Assembly (NCBI GenBank): GCA_038063555.1
Contig: JBBTUX010000010.1
Location: forward strand, 22,936 to 86,935
Origin: Patescibacteria group bacterium
GTDB taxonomy: Bacteria; Patescibacteriota; Minisyncoccia; Phycocordibacterales; JAKFXT01
DNA: 64,000 bases
Direction of reading: 5' to 3'
Every line of letters begins with the position of its first letter. The stretch's first letter is position 1. This document shows positions 34,096 to 42,937 of this stretch, in pieces. Below the pieces are notes generated by a model. That model worked only from the letters and a program-made list of their open reading frames with translations. It ran no database searches and had not been told where the DNA came from. A program made the translations under genes and the position numbers.

Positions 34096-35910
34096 ATGGC
34101 TTTACTTGATTTTTTTAAATCCAAACCTAAAAACGAGCCGGGGTTAACGGCTATACTCCCTCAAGAGATTTATGAGTCCGGAGTGTTGGAGCTAAAGGAC
34201 GTTATAGCGCCTTCTGCTTTGAAGATTTCCCCGAAAGAAATAAATTTGGGAGAAAAAATCGTCAGAACTTTTTTTGTTATTTCTTACCCACGCTATTTGA
34301 CTGAAAGTTGGTTTGCTCCAATTATTAATCTTGATAAGGTTTTTGACGCATCTATTTTTATACACCCCATTGAAACTGCCAAAATTTTGCGACAATTCCA
34401 AAAAAAAGTGGCGGAGGTGCAGAGTCAAATACATGAGCGCGAAGAGAAGGGATTGGTTCGAGACCCCGTTCTTGATACGGCTTATCAAGACCTTGAGCAC
34501 TTGAGGGATTCTTTGCAACAAGCCCAGGAAAAAATTTTTGATGTTGGTCTTTATATTTCAATTTATGGCGATTCAAACCAAGAGTTGGACAAAGTGGAGT
34601 CCGAAGTTAAATCAATTCTTGAGTCAAAACTTGTTTATATGAAACCGGCTCTTTTTCAACAAGAGCAGGGTTTCCGAAGCGTTCTCCCCATTGGAACGGA
34701 TGAGCTTGGCGTTCATTCTAAATTAAATTCTTCTCCTCTTTCTAGCGTTTTTCCTTTTATTTCTTTTGACTTAACGTCGGACAAAGGGATTCTTTACGGT
34801 ATCAATCGCCACAACGCATCGTTAGTTCTTTTTGATAGATTTTCTCTTGAAAATTATAATTCCGTCACTTTTGCTAAATCTGGTTCGGGAAAATCTTATG
34901 CTACCAAGTTAGAGATTCTGCGAACGCTTATGTTTGACTCGGAAGTTATTGTGCTTGATCCAGAGAGAGAGTATGAGTATTTAGCCGAAGCTACAGGGGG
35001 ACGTTATTTTAATGTGTCATTAACGTCTGAACACCACATAAACCCATTTGATTTACCAATTCCAAGAGAAGATGAGTCAACGGCCGATGTTTTGCGCTCA
35101 AATATTGTTAATTTAGTTGGGCTGTTCCGTGTAATGATGGGAGGATTAAGTGCTGAAGAAGACGCTATTATTGACAGGGCAATTAGTGAAACTTATGCTC
35201 TCAAAGATATTACGCCGGATTCTGATTTTTCAAACATAGAGCCGCCTTTAATGTCCGACTTTGAATTAGTGCTGACAGGAATGGAGGGTGGTGAGAGTTT
35301 GGCGCAACGGCTTACCAAATACACCAAGGGAACTTGGGCCGGGTTTATAAATAGGCCGACAAATGTTGATATAAATAAAAAATTCGTGGTTTTTTCTGTG
35401 CGCGACATGGAAGATGAGTTGAAGCCCGTTGCCATGTATATTGTAATGCATTTTATTTGGAATGCTATAAGACGAGAACTCAAAAAACGTCTTTTGATAG
35501 TGGATGAGGCCTGGTGGATGATGAAATCCGAAGATACCGCTTCCTTTCTATACAGCTTGGTTAAAAGGGGGCGAAAATATTTCCTAGGAGTTGCCACAAT
35601 TACCCAAGACGTGGGAGATTTCTTAAAATCACCATACGGCATGCCCATTATTACCAACTCTTCACTTCAACTTCTTTTAAAACAATCACCATCCTCAATT
35701 GATGATGTGCAAAAAACATTTAACTTAACCGAGGAAGAAAAATATTTGTTGTTAGAAAGCGATGTGGGAGAGGGAATCTTCTTTGCCGGATTAAAACACG
35801 TGGCTATAAAAATAATCGCTTCTTATACTGAAGATCAAATTATAACGTCCGACCCTTCACAGATACTTTCTATTAGAAAAGCAAAAACCGAGCTTAGTTT
35901 GGCAAATTAA
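34096..35910 (+). CDS. virB4: VirB4/TrbE-family conjugal-transfer/T4SS ATPase, ATPase portion
   Basis: Walker A FAKSGSGKSYATK, ...VIVLDPEREY..., Walker B LLIVDEAWWM, and a C-terminal domain. Own ATG, in a different frame from the upstream ORF. Confidence 0.75.
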   Translation: MALLDFFKSKPKNEPGLTAILPQEIYESGVLELKDVIAPSALKISPKEINLGEKIVRTFFVISYPRYLTESWFAPIINLDKVFDASIFIHPIETAKILRQFQKKVAEVQSQIHEREEKGLVRDPVLDTAYQDLEHLRDSLQQAQEKIFDVGLYISIYGDSNQELDKVESEVKSILESKLVYMKPALFQQEQGFRSVLPIGTDELGVHSKLNSSPLSSVFPFISFDLTSDKGILYGINRHNASLVLFDRFSLENYNSVTFAKSGSGKSYATKLEILRTLMFDSEVIVLDPEREYEYLAEATGGRYFNVSLTSEHHINPFDLPIPREDESTADVLRSNIVNLVGLFRVMMGGLSAEEDAIIDRAISETYALKDITPDSDFSNIEPPLMSDFELVLTGMEGGESLAQRLTKYTKGTWAGFINRPTNVDINKKFVVFSVRDMEDELKPVAMYIVMHFIWNAIRRELKKRLLIVDEAWWMMKSEDTASFLYSLVKRGRKYFLGVATITQDVGDFLKSPYGMPIITNSSLQLLLKQSPSSIDDVQKTFNLTEEEKYLLLESDVGEGIFFAGLKHVAIKIIASYTEDQIITSDPSQILSIRKAKTELSLAN

Positions 35911-35911
35911 T

Positions 35912-36454
35912 ATGGAGCAAACTCAAAAAATAGATAGAATTCCAAACGTATGGGCTTTTTTTATGGTTTCTGTTGCTATTATATTTGACCTTTTAGGTTT
36001 TGGCCTTGCTTTTATTCCAGTTGCTGGCTGGCTTATGGCTTCTGCTGTTGGCGTTGTTGCTTTTTTAACTTTCTTTCTATGGTTTACCTTTCGTGGTGCT
36101 GGATATAACAGCACAAGAAAAGTTGCTATTTCAGGCGGCGGATTTCTTGTGGAATTCATACCTCTTTTAAACGCTCTGCCAGCTTGGACTCTTTCCACCT
36201 CACTAATGATTATGGTTGTGAAAGGAGAGGATTTATTTGAAAATCAAAAAAATAAATTAAAGTTGAAACCAAAATATTATGGTCAAAAACTGACAGTGAA
36301 GCCCGCCGCAAATGATAGAAATTATAAAAGTAATTACACTTCTCCCTCAACACCTTCTCCTGTAAATGCTAGACAAAACCCACCCCTAACAAATCGTGGT
36401 TTCAAAGGCATTGCCTCGTCAGATGACACCTCTCGTTTTATTAAAGCTGCATAA
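35912..36454 (+). CDS. Hypothetical membrane protein (T4SS-like cluster)
   Basis: 180 aa, 3-4 TM helices, Pro/Ser-rich tail. Confidence 0.4.
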   Translation: MEQTQKIDRIPNVWAFFMVSVAIIFDLLGFGLAFIPVAGWLMASAVGVVAFLTFFLWFTFRGAGYNSTRKVAISGGGFLVEFIPLLNALPAWTLSTSLMIMVVKGEDLFENQKNKLKLKPKYYGQKLTVKPAANDRNYKSNYTSPSTPSPVNARQNPPLTNRGFKGIASSDDTSRFIKAA

Positions 36455-36455
36455 A

Positions 36456-37463
36456 ATGACTATTTTTACCAAAAAAATTTTAGTGATACTTGCCCTAAGC
36501 TTTTTAAGTTTTTTACCAACCATTGCTTTGTCCCAAACAATAGATTCTTATAAAGATTCTTTGCGCACGGTTATCACTCCGCCAAACCCACAAGCCAATC
36601 AAACGATATCAATTCATCTTGAAAGCTCTCTCATTGACCTTTCTCTTTCCACTATAACTTGGAGTGTTGATGGGAAAGTGATACTTAAAGGAAAAGACCG
36701 TAGGGTATTGGAAACAAAACTTAAAGAAATTGGCAAAGAAACAAATATTTTGATTTCTGTTAACAGTCCCCTTTATGGCTCTTTTGACAAAGAAATAACT
36801 ATAAATCCGACCTCAATTAGCTTAATTTATGAAGCCAATACCTATACTCCTCCGTTTTATAAAGGAAAAGCTTTGCCTTCCTCTGAAAGCGTTGTTACGC
36901 TACTTGCTTTGCCACGCTTTATAAAAAACAATGGAACCCCAATTTCTTCTAAAGATTTAATTTTCACTTGGAAAAAAGAGGGTGTGGTGGACGGCGCCAA
37001 TTCTGGTTTGGGCAAAGACACTTATGTTTTTATAACGGGTAGATTACCGGAAGACACACCTTTAATTGAGGTTAGCGCTTTATTCCCCGAAGAAAGTCTG
37101 CGTGGCTACTCTTCAATTTTACTCCCTTCGTTTAACCCAGAAATTATTGTCTATGAAAATAATCCAATCCTTGGCGTTATTTTAAATAAAGCGATGTCTA
37201 ATGACAATCTTTTGTCAGGTAAAGAAATGTCACTTGTCGCTTACCCATATTTCTTTTCCGGAAAAAACAGAGAGTCAATCAATTTTGAATACGCGTGGTA
37301 TATTAACAATGAAAAAGTGGCTGATATTCCCCAAAACCAAAGCGGGCTAACCATAAGAAGCCCCGAGGGCAGCGGAACTTCCGCTTTGAGAGTGTCGCTT
37401 TCCAATATTAGAAAAATTTTCCAGGTCGCTTCAACAAATTTATTGGTAAAATATGGAGAATAA
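36456..37463 (+). CDS. Hypothetical secreted protein (signal peptide)
   Basis: MTIFTKKILVILALSFLSFLPTIALSQ is a signal peptide. Start placed at 36456, immediately after the upstream stop; the longer listed ORF overlaps the previous gene. Confidence 0.45.
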   Translation: MTIFTKKILVILALSFLSFLPTIALSQTIDSYKDSLRTVITPPNPQANQTISIHLESSLIDLSLSTITWSVDGKVILKGKDRRVLETKLKEIGKETNILISVNSPLYGSFDKEITINPTSISLIYEANTYTPPFYKGKALPSSESVVTLLALPRFIKNNGTPISSKDLIFTWKKEGVVDGANSGLGKDTYVFITGRLPEDTPLIEVSALFPEESLRGYSSILLPSFNPEIIVYENNPILGVILNKAMSNDNLLSGKEMSLVAYPYFFSGKNRESINFEYAWYINNEKVADIPQNQSGLTIRSPEGSGTSALRVSLSNIRKIFQVASTNLLVKYGE

Positions 37464-37501
37464 AAACAGCTTTTAGGTTTCAGCTTTCAGCTTCTAGCTT
37501 T

Positions 37502-38164
37502 ATGATAAAAAAATTAAGAAAAATCGTTGGGAAAACTTTTCTAATAGTTGTGGTTTTTTTCGTTATCTCCTCGCCATTAATTGTTTCGGCCGAACCAACG
37601 GCAAAATGCAACCCCGACCAAAAAGACACATATTGTTTGCTGGCGCCCATCCCTTTCTTTGGCGATAGCGGAGACACCTACAAAACCGGCGACATTGGTA
37701 AATATGTAAAAGCTATTATAAATCTTTCTATTGTCATTGCGGCTGTTTTGGCAGTTGTAATGATAACCATAGGCGGTTTTAAATATATGACCAGTGAGTC
37801 TATTGGGCTAAAAGAAGAAGGTAAAAAAAACATAAGAGATGCCTTCTTAGGACTTGTAATTTTGACTTCGTCTTTCTTAATTTTAAAAACCATAAATCCA
37901 GAGCTTCTTAAATTTAATTTAAACATTCAAACAATCGGCGTTCCAGGGAACACGGCTCAACCAAAAAGCACTAGTCCTCCACTAATATATACAGAGGAGC
38001 AAAACAGACAGGGTTTGTATGAAGTAATCCCAGGAGTAGATCTTAAATCGACCCCCAACCTAACACGCGATCAATTCTATACAAACTGTACAGCTAAAGG
38101 AGGGAAGCCTCGTCCAGAAGGACTAGGTCCAGAAAGTCAAGTTTATCGTTGTTACAATAAGTAA
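37502..38164 (+). CDS. Signal-peptide protein with two hydrophobic helices; possible VirB2/TrbC-like pilin
   Basis: Signal peptide, then ...YVKAIINLSIVIAAVLAVVMITIGGFKYM... and ...AFLGLVILTSSFLILKTI... The architecture is pilin-like. Inference only. Confidence 0.3.
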   Translation: MIKKLRKIVGKTFLIVVVFFVISSPLIVSAEPTAKCNPDQKDTYCLLAPIPFFGDSGDTYKTGDIGKYVKAIINLSIVIAAVLAVVMITIGGFKYMTSESIGLKEEGKKNIRDAFLGLVILTSSFLILKTINPELLKFNLNIQTIGVPGNTAQPKSTSPPLIYTEEQNRQGLYEVIPGVDLKSTPNLTRDQFYTNCTAKGGKPRPEGLGPESQVYRCYNK

Positions 38165-38166
38165 TT

Positions 38167-39390
38167 ATGTCTAAATCAACTGCCATCACAATTATTGTCG
38201 TCGTACTCTTGGCCATAAGCGGGGGCCTCGCTTGGTGGTATTTTTCATTGGGACAATCAGGAGTGGGGAACCAAAACAACGACAGTGGTGGAATAAATTT
38301 TTTCCCTTTTGGAAATAACAACGAACCAACGACCAACGACCAACAACTGACAACCGACAAAGAAAATCAAACGGAAAATGCTCCGGAAATTAGAGAGGTT
38401 TCGCGTTTGCCCGTTGCTGGGTTTTTACCACTTGTTGATAATTTAGGATTTCCTTTTGTTCGTTATGTTGACCAGGAAACTGGCAATTTATATGACGCCC
38501 CCCTTGAAATAGTTTCCAAAAAAAGAATAAGCAATACCACCATACCTAAAATCAGAGAAGTTCATTGGCTTTCTGGGGGAAATTCTTTTATTATGCGCTA
38601 CTTGGACGAAAAGGATTCTCTGCAAAGCTTTTATGCCACCCTAAAAGAAAATTCTTCCGCTGAAGGAAGTTTAACGGGACGCTTTCTATTAGAAAATATT
38701 TCTGACTTGAGTTTGTTTAGAACCAACAGTGCTTCAACAAAAATATTTTATTATTTAACAGAAAATTCCGTCGCCACAATGTTTTCCGCCGAAAGCGACG
38801 GTAGCAAGGCCACTCATGTTTACTCCTCCCCAATGAAAGATTGGTTACTTTATGGAATAAATGATTCTTTGGCTTATATTCAAACAAAGTCATCTGGTCT
38901 TGCCCCCTCCTTTGTTTTTTCTCTTAATATTAAAAATGGAACCGCAAACCCAACTCTTTCAAATTTTATTGGCCTTTCTATTCTTCCCAACAAAAAGGGG
39001 GACTTGATTTTATACTCCAGTACTCCTTTTGAATACCCTTTGCTATACATTTATGATGTAAACAAAAAAACTTCAACCCAAACCTCACTTAGAACTTTTG
39101 CTGACAAATGTCGCTGGAGTGAAAGTAATGTAAGTCGCATCATCTGCGCGGTGCCCACAAACATCCCGCGAGGAACTTACCCCGACGACTGGTATAAAGG
39201 CACAATATCTTTTAGTGATAATATTTGGGAAATTGATTCTGTTAGCGGAACGGCAAAGGAGTTGGTAAGTTTGTATAAAAATTCTTTCTTTTTTGACATT
39301 TCTTCTTTTTCTTTAAGCGACAAAGATAAATTTCTTATTTTGCAAGATAAAACAAACAACTCCCTTTGGAGCGTCCGCCTCAAACAATAA
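38167..39390 (+). CDS. Hypothetical membrane-anchored extracytoplasmic protein; contains in-frame CAACCAACGAC repeat
   Basis: 407 aa, N-terminal TM. Repeat at 38321-38358 encodes NEPTTNDQQLTTD. Confidence 0.45.
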   Translation: MSKSTAITIIVVVLLAISGGLAWWYFSLGQSGVGNQNNDSGGINFFPFGNNNEPTTNDQQLTTDKENQTENAPEIREVSRLPVAGFLPLVDNLGFPFVRYVDQETGNLYDAPLEIVSKKRISNTTIPKIREVHWLSGGNSFIMRYLDEKDSLQSFYATLKENSSAEGSLTGRFLLENISDLSLFRTNSASTKIFYYLTENSVATMFSAESDGSKATHVYSSPMKDWLLYGINDSLAYIQTKSSGLAPSFVFSLNIKNGTANPTLSNFIGLSILPNKKGDLILYSSTPFEYPLLYIYDVNKKTSTQTSLRTFADKCRWSESNVSRIICAVPTNIPRGTYPDDWYKGTISFSDNIWEIDSVSGTAKELVSLYKNSFFFDISSFSLSDKDKFLILQDKTNNSLWSVRLKQ

Positions 39391-39395
39391 GCCCC

Positions 39396-39452
39396 TACAG
39401 TATCCCAAACACAACCCCCATACCCCATAGGACTGTCCTATGGGGTATGGGG
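39396..39452. terminator. Long perfect hairpin between convergent genes
   Basis: CCCCCATACCCCATAGGactgtCCTATGGGGTATGGGGG (17-bp stem). Confidence 0.6.
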
Positions 39453-39459
39453 GTTGCGA

Positions 39460-39951
39460 CTAAATATTTAGATTACTTTCCTTCGCCAAAGAAAGTTCTT
39501 TTTGTTCTACATATTTTAAAATTACATGGCGAAACTTACCGAAACCCTCCGATTGCGTAACAATGTTCGGATGGTCTTGAAAAACAGAGTGGACTATTCT
39601 ACGCTCAAAAGAAGGCATGGGGTCCATTTCCACGCTGTGTTTAAAAGTTAAAGCCCTGTTTCCAAGCATTGAAGCTACCCCCTTGACTCTTTCTTCGGCT
39701 TTTTTCCTATAACCGTTAACGTCAACAATTACCCCCATATCAACCCCCCTCTTTTTTTCAATTATCTTACGCAAAATATGATTAAGGGCCGAGAGCGTTT
39801 CTCCAGAATTACCAATCAGAATTGGGCTGTCTTTTGACTCAATGGAAAGAATTACCCTTTCCAAACTGTTCTCAACAGAAATTTCAGAGAAAGCAATAGA
39901 AAGGTTATTTAAAATAATTTCTAACTCCTTTTTTATATCTTCGGTCTTCAT
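39460..39951 (-). CDS. jag: Jag/KhpB-like R3H RNA-binding protein
   Basis: KH-like N-terminal region and a C-terminal R3H region (...FERRIVHSVFQDHPNIVTQSEGFG...). Sits in the conserved yidC-jag arrangement. Confidence 0.7.
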   Translation of the reverse strand: MKTEDIKKELEIILNNLSIAFSEISVENSLERVILSIESKDSPILIGNSGETLSALNHILRKIIEKKRGVDMGVIVDVNGYRKKAEERVKGVASMLGNRALTFKHSVEMDPMPSFERRIVHSVFQDHPNIVTQSEGFGKFRHVILKYVEQKELSLAKESNLNI

Positions 39952-39965
39952 ATGACTTGCTCATT

Positions 39966-40688
39966 TTATACCGTGCGATGGCGCTTCAACGCAAGCTCTT
40001 GACCTATGGTAAAAATGTTGCTGACTACAAAATAAAGCGCCACCGCCGAAGACAAACTGTGACTAATTATTACAATTAGTATAGGAAAAAAATATTTCAT
40101 TTGAAACTGCATATTTCTAGCAAAGTCATCTTTAAAAGACGTTTTTTCACCGTCTTTTTTCGCTGGTGTGGCAGGAAAAGAAAGAATGGCCTGAATATAT
40201 TGAGTCACCCCAGCCAAAATAGCCAGAATCCAACTTTTTTGAGCCATGTCAAATATAAAAAACTTCATGGAAACAAACTCTGGAGACCCCACAAAAGAAT
40301 AAAGAATCTCTGGTTTTATAGAAGGGAGCCCTCCTTTATAAAAAATCCAATATAGGGCAATAACAACCGGTATTTGAATTACCAAAACAAGAATACTGGC
40401 AAAAGGGTTAACTTTTGCCTCCTTATACAAATCCAGAGTTGCCTTGCCTAGAGCCTGCCGATCGTCTTTAAACTTTTTCCTAATCTCCTCCATTTTTGGT
40501 TCTATACCCCTCATTTTTATTTGAGTCAAAAGAGCTTTTTTAGTCAAAGGAAAAAGAAGTAGTTTGACCAAAACCGTTGTCAAAATTACCGCCAAAGCCA
40601 CATTCCCCAACGGTAAAAGATCAATCAAAAAAACATTTAGATTATAAATGGGCTGATAGAATACAGTGAAAAAAATTCCTTCATTCAT
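39966..40688 (-). CDS. yidC: Membrane protein insertase YidC (short form)
   Basis: ...NVALAVILTTVLVKLLLFPLTKK...QIPVVIALYWIF... are YidC/Oxa1 core helices. Confidence 0.8.
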   Translation of the reverse strand: MNEGIFFTVFYQPIYNLNVFLIDLLPLGNVALAVILTTVLVKLLLFPLTKKALLTQIKMRGIEPKMEEIRKKFKDDRQALGKATLDLYKEAKVNPFASILVLVIQIPVVIALYWIFYKGGLPSIKPEILYSFVGSPEFVSMKFFIFDMAQKSWILAILAGVTQYIQAILSFPATPAKKDGEKTSFKDDFARNMQFQMKYFFPILIVIISHSLSSAVALYFVVSNIFTIGQELALKRHRTV

Positions 40689-40702
40689 TTTGTCATTTTA
40701 AC

Positions 40703-41062
40703 TTATTTACTACTCCTTGGAAAAGATTTTTTCATAGAAAGCACGTTCTCTTTTATTCTTTCGGATATCGTTTTATAGGACAAGGAACTTGCTTCTTTTT
40801 TAATAAAACAAATTATGTTCACATTTTCCGGAAAAAACTCTTTGCGGTTTTTAAGAATATGAGCTACCCGTCTTTTGGTTTTATTTCTAAGGGACTTTTT
40901 TTTCTGCCAGGCACCACCCAAAACAACAGAAAACTTTTGTCCTTTATCTTCTCTTAAGGACACCCTAAATGTGAAGTTTGGGAAGTGAAAAGACTTGCCT
41001 TTTTTATATATAGAAGAGAAATCCTTGCGAGAAATCCTCTCTTTTTTAGGAAACATAGACAA
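40703..41062 (-). CDS. rnpA: RNase P protein component
   Basis: Basic 119-aa protein ...RISRKDFSSIYKKGKSFHFPNFTFRV..., sitting between yidC and rpmH. Confidence 0.7.
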   Translation of the reverse strand: MSMFPKKERISRKDFSSIYKKGKSFHFPNFTFRVSLREDKGQKFSVVLGGAWQKKKSLRNKTKRRVAHILKNRKEFFPENVNIICFIKKEASSLSYKTISERIKENVLSMKKSFPRSSK

Positions 41063-41091
41063 TTTTCTTTAATTCCATCCAAGAGACAGAA

Positions 41092-41226
41092 TTAAACGCT
41101 GAGGCGTTTGCGCCTATTTCGACGACGACGAGTGATTGCCTTGCGACCACCTGAAGACCGGCTCCTTGCGAGAAATCCGTGCACCCTTGCTCTCTTTTTC
41201 TTTTTTGGTTGATATGTTTTGGACAT
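41092..41226 (-). CDS. rpmH: 50S ribosomal protein L34
   Basis: My own translation of the reverse complement is MSKTYQPKKKKRARVHGFLARSRSSGGRKAITRRRRNRRKRLSV*. It is below the ORF-track length cutoff, so it is not listed there. Confidence 0.9.
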   Translation of the reverse strand: MSKTYQPKKKKRARVHGFLARSRSSGGRKAITRRRRNRRKRLSV

Positions 41227-41397
41227 CGTGCGATTATAATCTTATTTTTTAACTTAATCAATCTTGGGTAAAGGTCTTTTTAAAAATAGAGGTTTCCACT
41301 ATTCACTCCTTTTCCACTTTTTATCACCACAAATCAAACGTTTTTGTAAGTGTTGCATTTTTTTCTCCTTTGTATAATGAATCTAATTTAAATAATT

Positions 41398-42738
41398 ATG
41401 TTTGACACCAAACAACTTTGGGAAACAGTTTTGGAAAACATTGAAACCGATGTTTCACAGGCAACTTTTAGCACTTGGTTTAAAGATACTGTCATTGTGA
41501 GAATAGAAGATGGCGTTGTTTTTCTTTCGGTTCCCAATCAATTTGTAAAAGAGTGGTTGGCAAACAAATATCACAAAGCCATACTAAAAAAACTGCGCGA
41601 AGGAGCTGAGCAAGTCAGAAATGTTGAGTATGTGGTTAGCAAAGAACCGCCCAAACAAGAAATTGCGAGTAAAAAAGTCAACAACCCAACAACCGAGATG
41701 CCTTTGGCTGATTTTTATGTGAACAAAGAAGACAACTTAAATCCTCGTTATACTTTTGATTCGTTTGTAGTTGGTTCTTTTAATGATTTGGCTTTTGCCT
41801 CGACCCAGGCTGTGATTAAAAAACCAGGAATCGCTTACAACCCACTTTTTATTTACGGAAACACTGGTTACGGCAAAACTCATCTGATTCAAGCGGTGGG
41901 AAATTATATTAAAAGCGTTTCTCCTAGTATGAAAGTTTATTATATAACTTCTGAAAATTACTATTTGGGGCTGGTGAATGCTATGCAAGAAAATAAAATA
42001 CCTCTTTTTAAAGAAAAATATAGAAAATATGATTTCCTTATAATGGACGATGTTCAGTTTTTATCCAACAAAGAAAAAACTCAGGATGAGCTTTTCCATT
42101 TATTTAATACTCTCTATGATAACAACAAACAAATAATTTTTTCTTCCGATAAACACATAAATCAAATACCGAATTTGGAAGACCGTATTCGTACCCGCTT
42201 TGGGGCAGGAATGATAGTGGATATTCAAGCCCCAGACTATGATGCCCGGGTCGCTATAATACAAAAAAAATGCCTTTCCCAAAACAACTCTGTTTCTCCA
42301 GAGATTGTTGAATATTTAGCCAGTTCTGATAATAGCATTCGTGAACTTGAGGGAGCCCTAAACACCATAACCTATCACATGCAGCTAAAAAACAGGATTA
42401 TTTCCTTGACGGAAATAAAAAATATTATAAGGGAAACCAGCAAACCCAAAAGGTCTTTTTCTGTTAAAGAGATTATCAAAACAATCGCTGATTTTTATGA
42501 TGTGCCAGAAAATAGTATTTATGAAAAAACCAGACGCAAAGAAGTGGTAAAGCCAAGGCAAATTATTATGTATATCTTAAGAGAGGACTTCAAAGTATCT
42601 TACCCTACCATAGGGGAGAAGTTAGGAGGTCGTGACCACACAACTGTGATTCACTCTTGTGAGAAAATAAAAAGGGAGTTAAAAACGGACACCACTTTAA
42701 TCGAAGAAATAGATTATATTAGGACAATGTTGAATTAA
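41398..42738 (+). CDS. dnaA: Chromosomal replication initiator DnaA
   Basis: Walker A GNTGYGKTHLIQA, ...FLIMDDVQFL..., and a C-terminal DNA-binding domain ...RDHTTVIHSCEKI... Confidence 0.9.
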   Translation: MFDTKQLWETVLENIETDVSQATFSTWFKDTVIVRIEDGVVFLSVPNQFVKEWLANKYHKAILKKLREGAEQVRNVEYVVSKEPPKQEIASKKVNNPTTEMPLADFYVNKEDNLNPRYTFDSFVVGSFNDLAFASTQAVIKKPGIAYNPLFIYGNTGYGKTHLIQAVGNYIKSVSPSMKVYYITSENYYLGLVNAMQENKIPLFKEKYRKYDFLIMDDVQFLSNKEKTQDELFHLFNTLYDNNKQIIFSSDKHINQIPNLEDRIRTRFGAGMIVDIQAPDYDARVAIIQKKCLSQNNSVSPEIVEYLASSDNSIRELEGALNTITYHMQLKNRIISLTEIKNIIRETSKPKRSFSVKEIIKTIADFYDVPENSIYEKTRRKEVVKPRQIIMYILREDFKVSYPTIGEKLGGRDHTTVIHSCEKIKRELKTDTTLIEEIDYIRTMLN

Positions 42739-42937
42739 AGTTGGGGAAAAGTTATGTATAAAAAGAAAAAACTTTGGGAAAAACACGTCACTTATCAACA
42801 TTTAATTTTTAAAAAATGAAAAATTACAAAAAAGAAAAAAGTAATAAAGGTGTTGTTATTTTAAAGAAATAAATTATAAGTAATAAAAATGGCTTTTTTT
42901 AGGTTTATTAAATAATAAACAGAACTATAATACTAAT
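42739..42937. promoter_or_regulatory. Candidate oriC region (dnaA-dnaN intergenic, AT-rich with a DnaA-box-like site)
   Basis: TTATCAACA, one mismatch from TTATCCACA, inside an 85-90% AT tract. The flanking rpmH-dnaA spacer (41227-41397) also has box-like TATCACCACA. Confidence 0.45.

Noticed and set aside
36396-36455. N-terminal extension of the secreted protein (ORF track start 36396).
   Set aside because: It overlaps the end of the preceding gene. The internal ATG at 36456 immediately precedes a canonical signal peptide and follows the upstream stop codon.
28595-39390. CRISPR array or DGR (template/variable repeat plus reverse transcriptase) associated with the Avd-like four-helix-bundle genes.
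   Set aside because: No regularly spaced direct repeats with unique spacers anywhere in the window. No reverse-transcriptase-like ORF. The repeats present are inverted-repeat hairpins and short dispersed units, not a TR/VR pair.
41046-41261. Minus-strand ORF 41046..41261 (71 aa) in the rnpA-dnaA spacer.
   Set aside because: The real gene here is rpmH (L34), in a different frame (41092..41226). Its product is the textbook L34 sequence.
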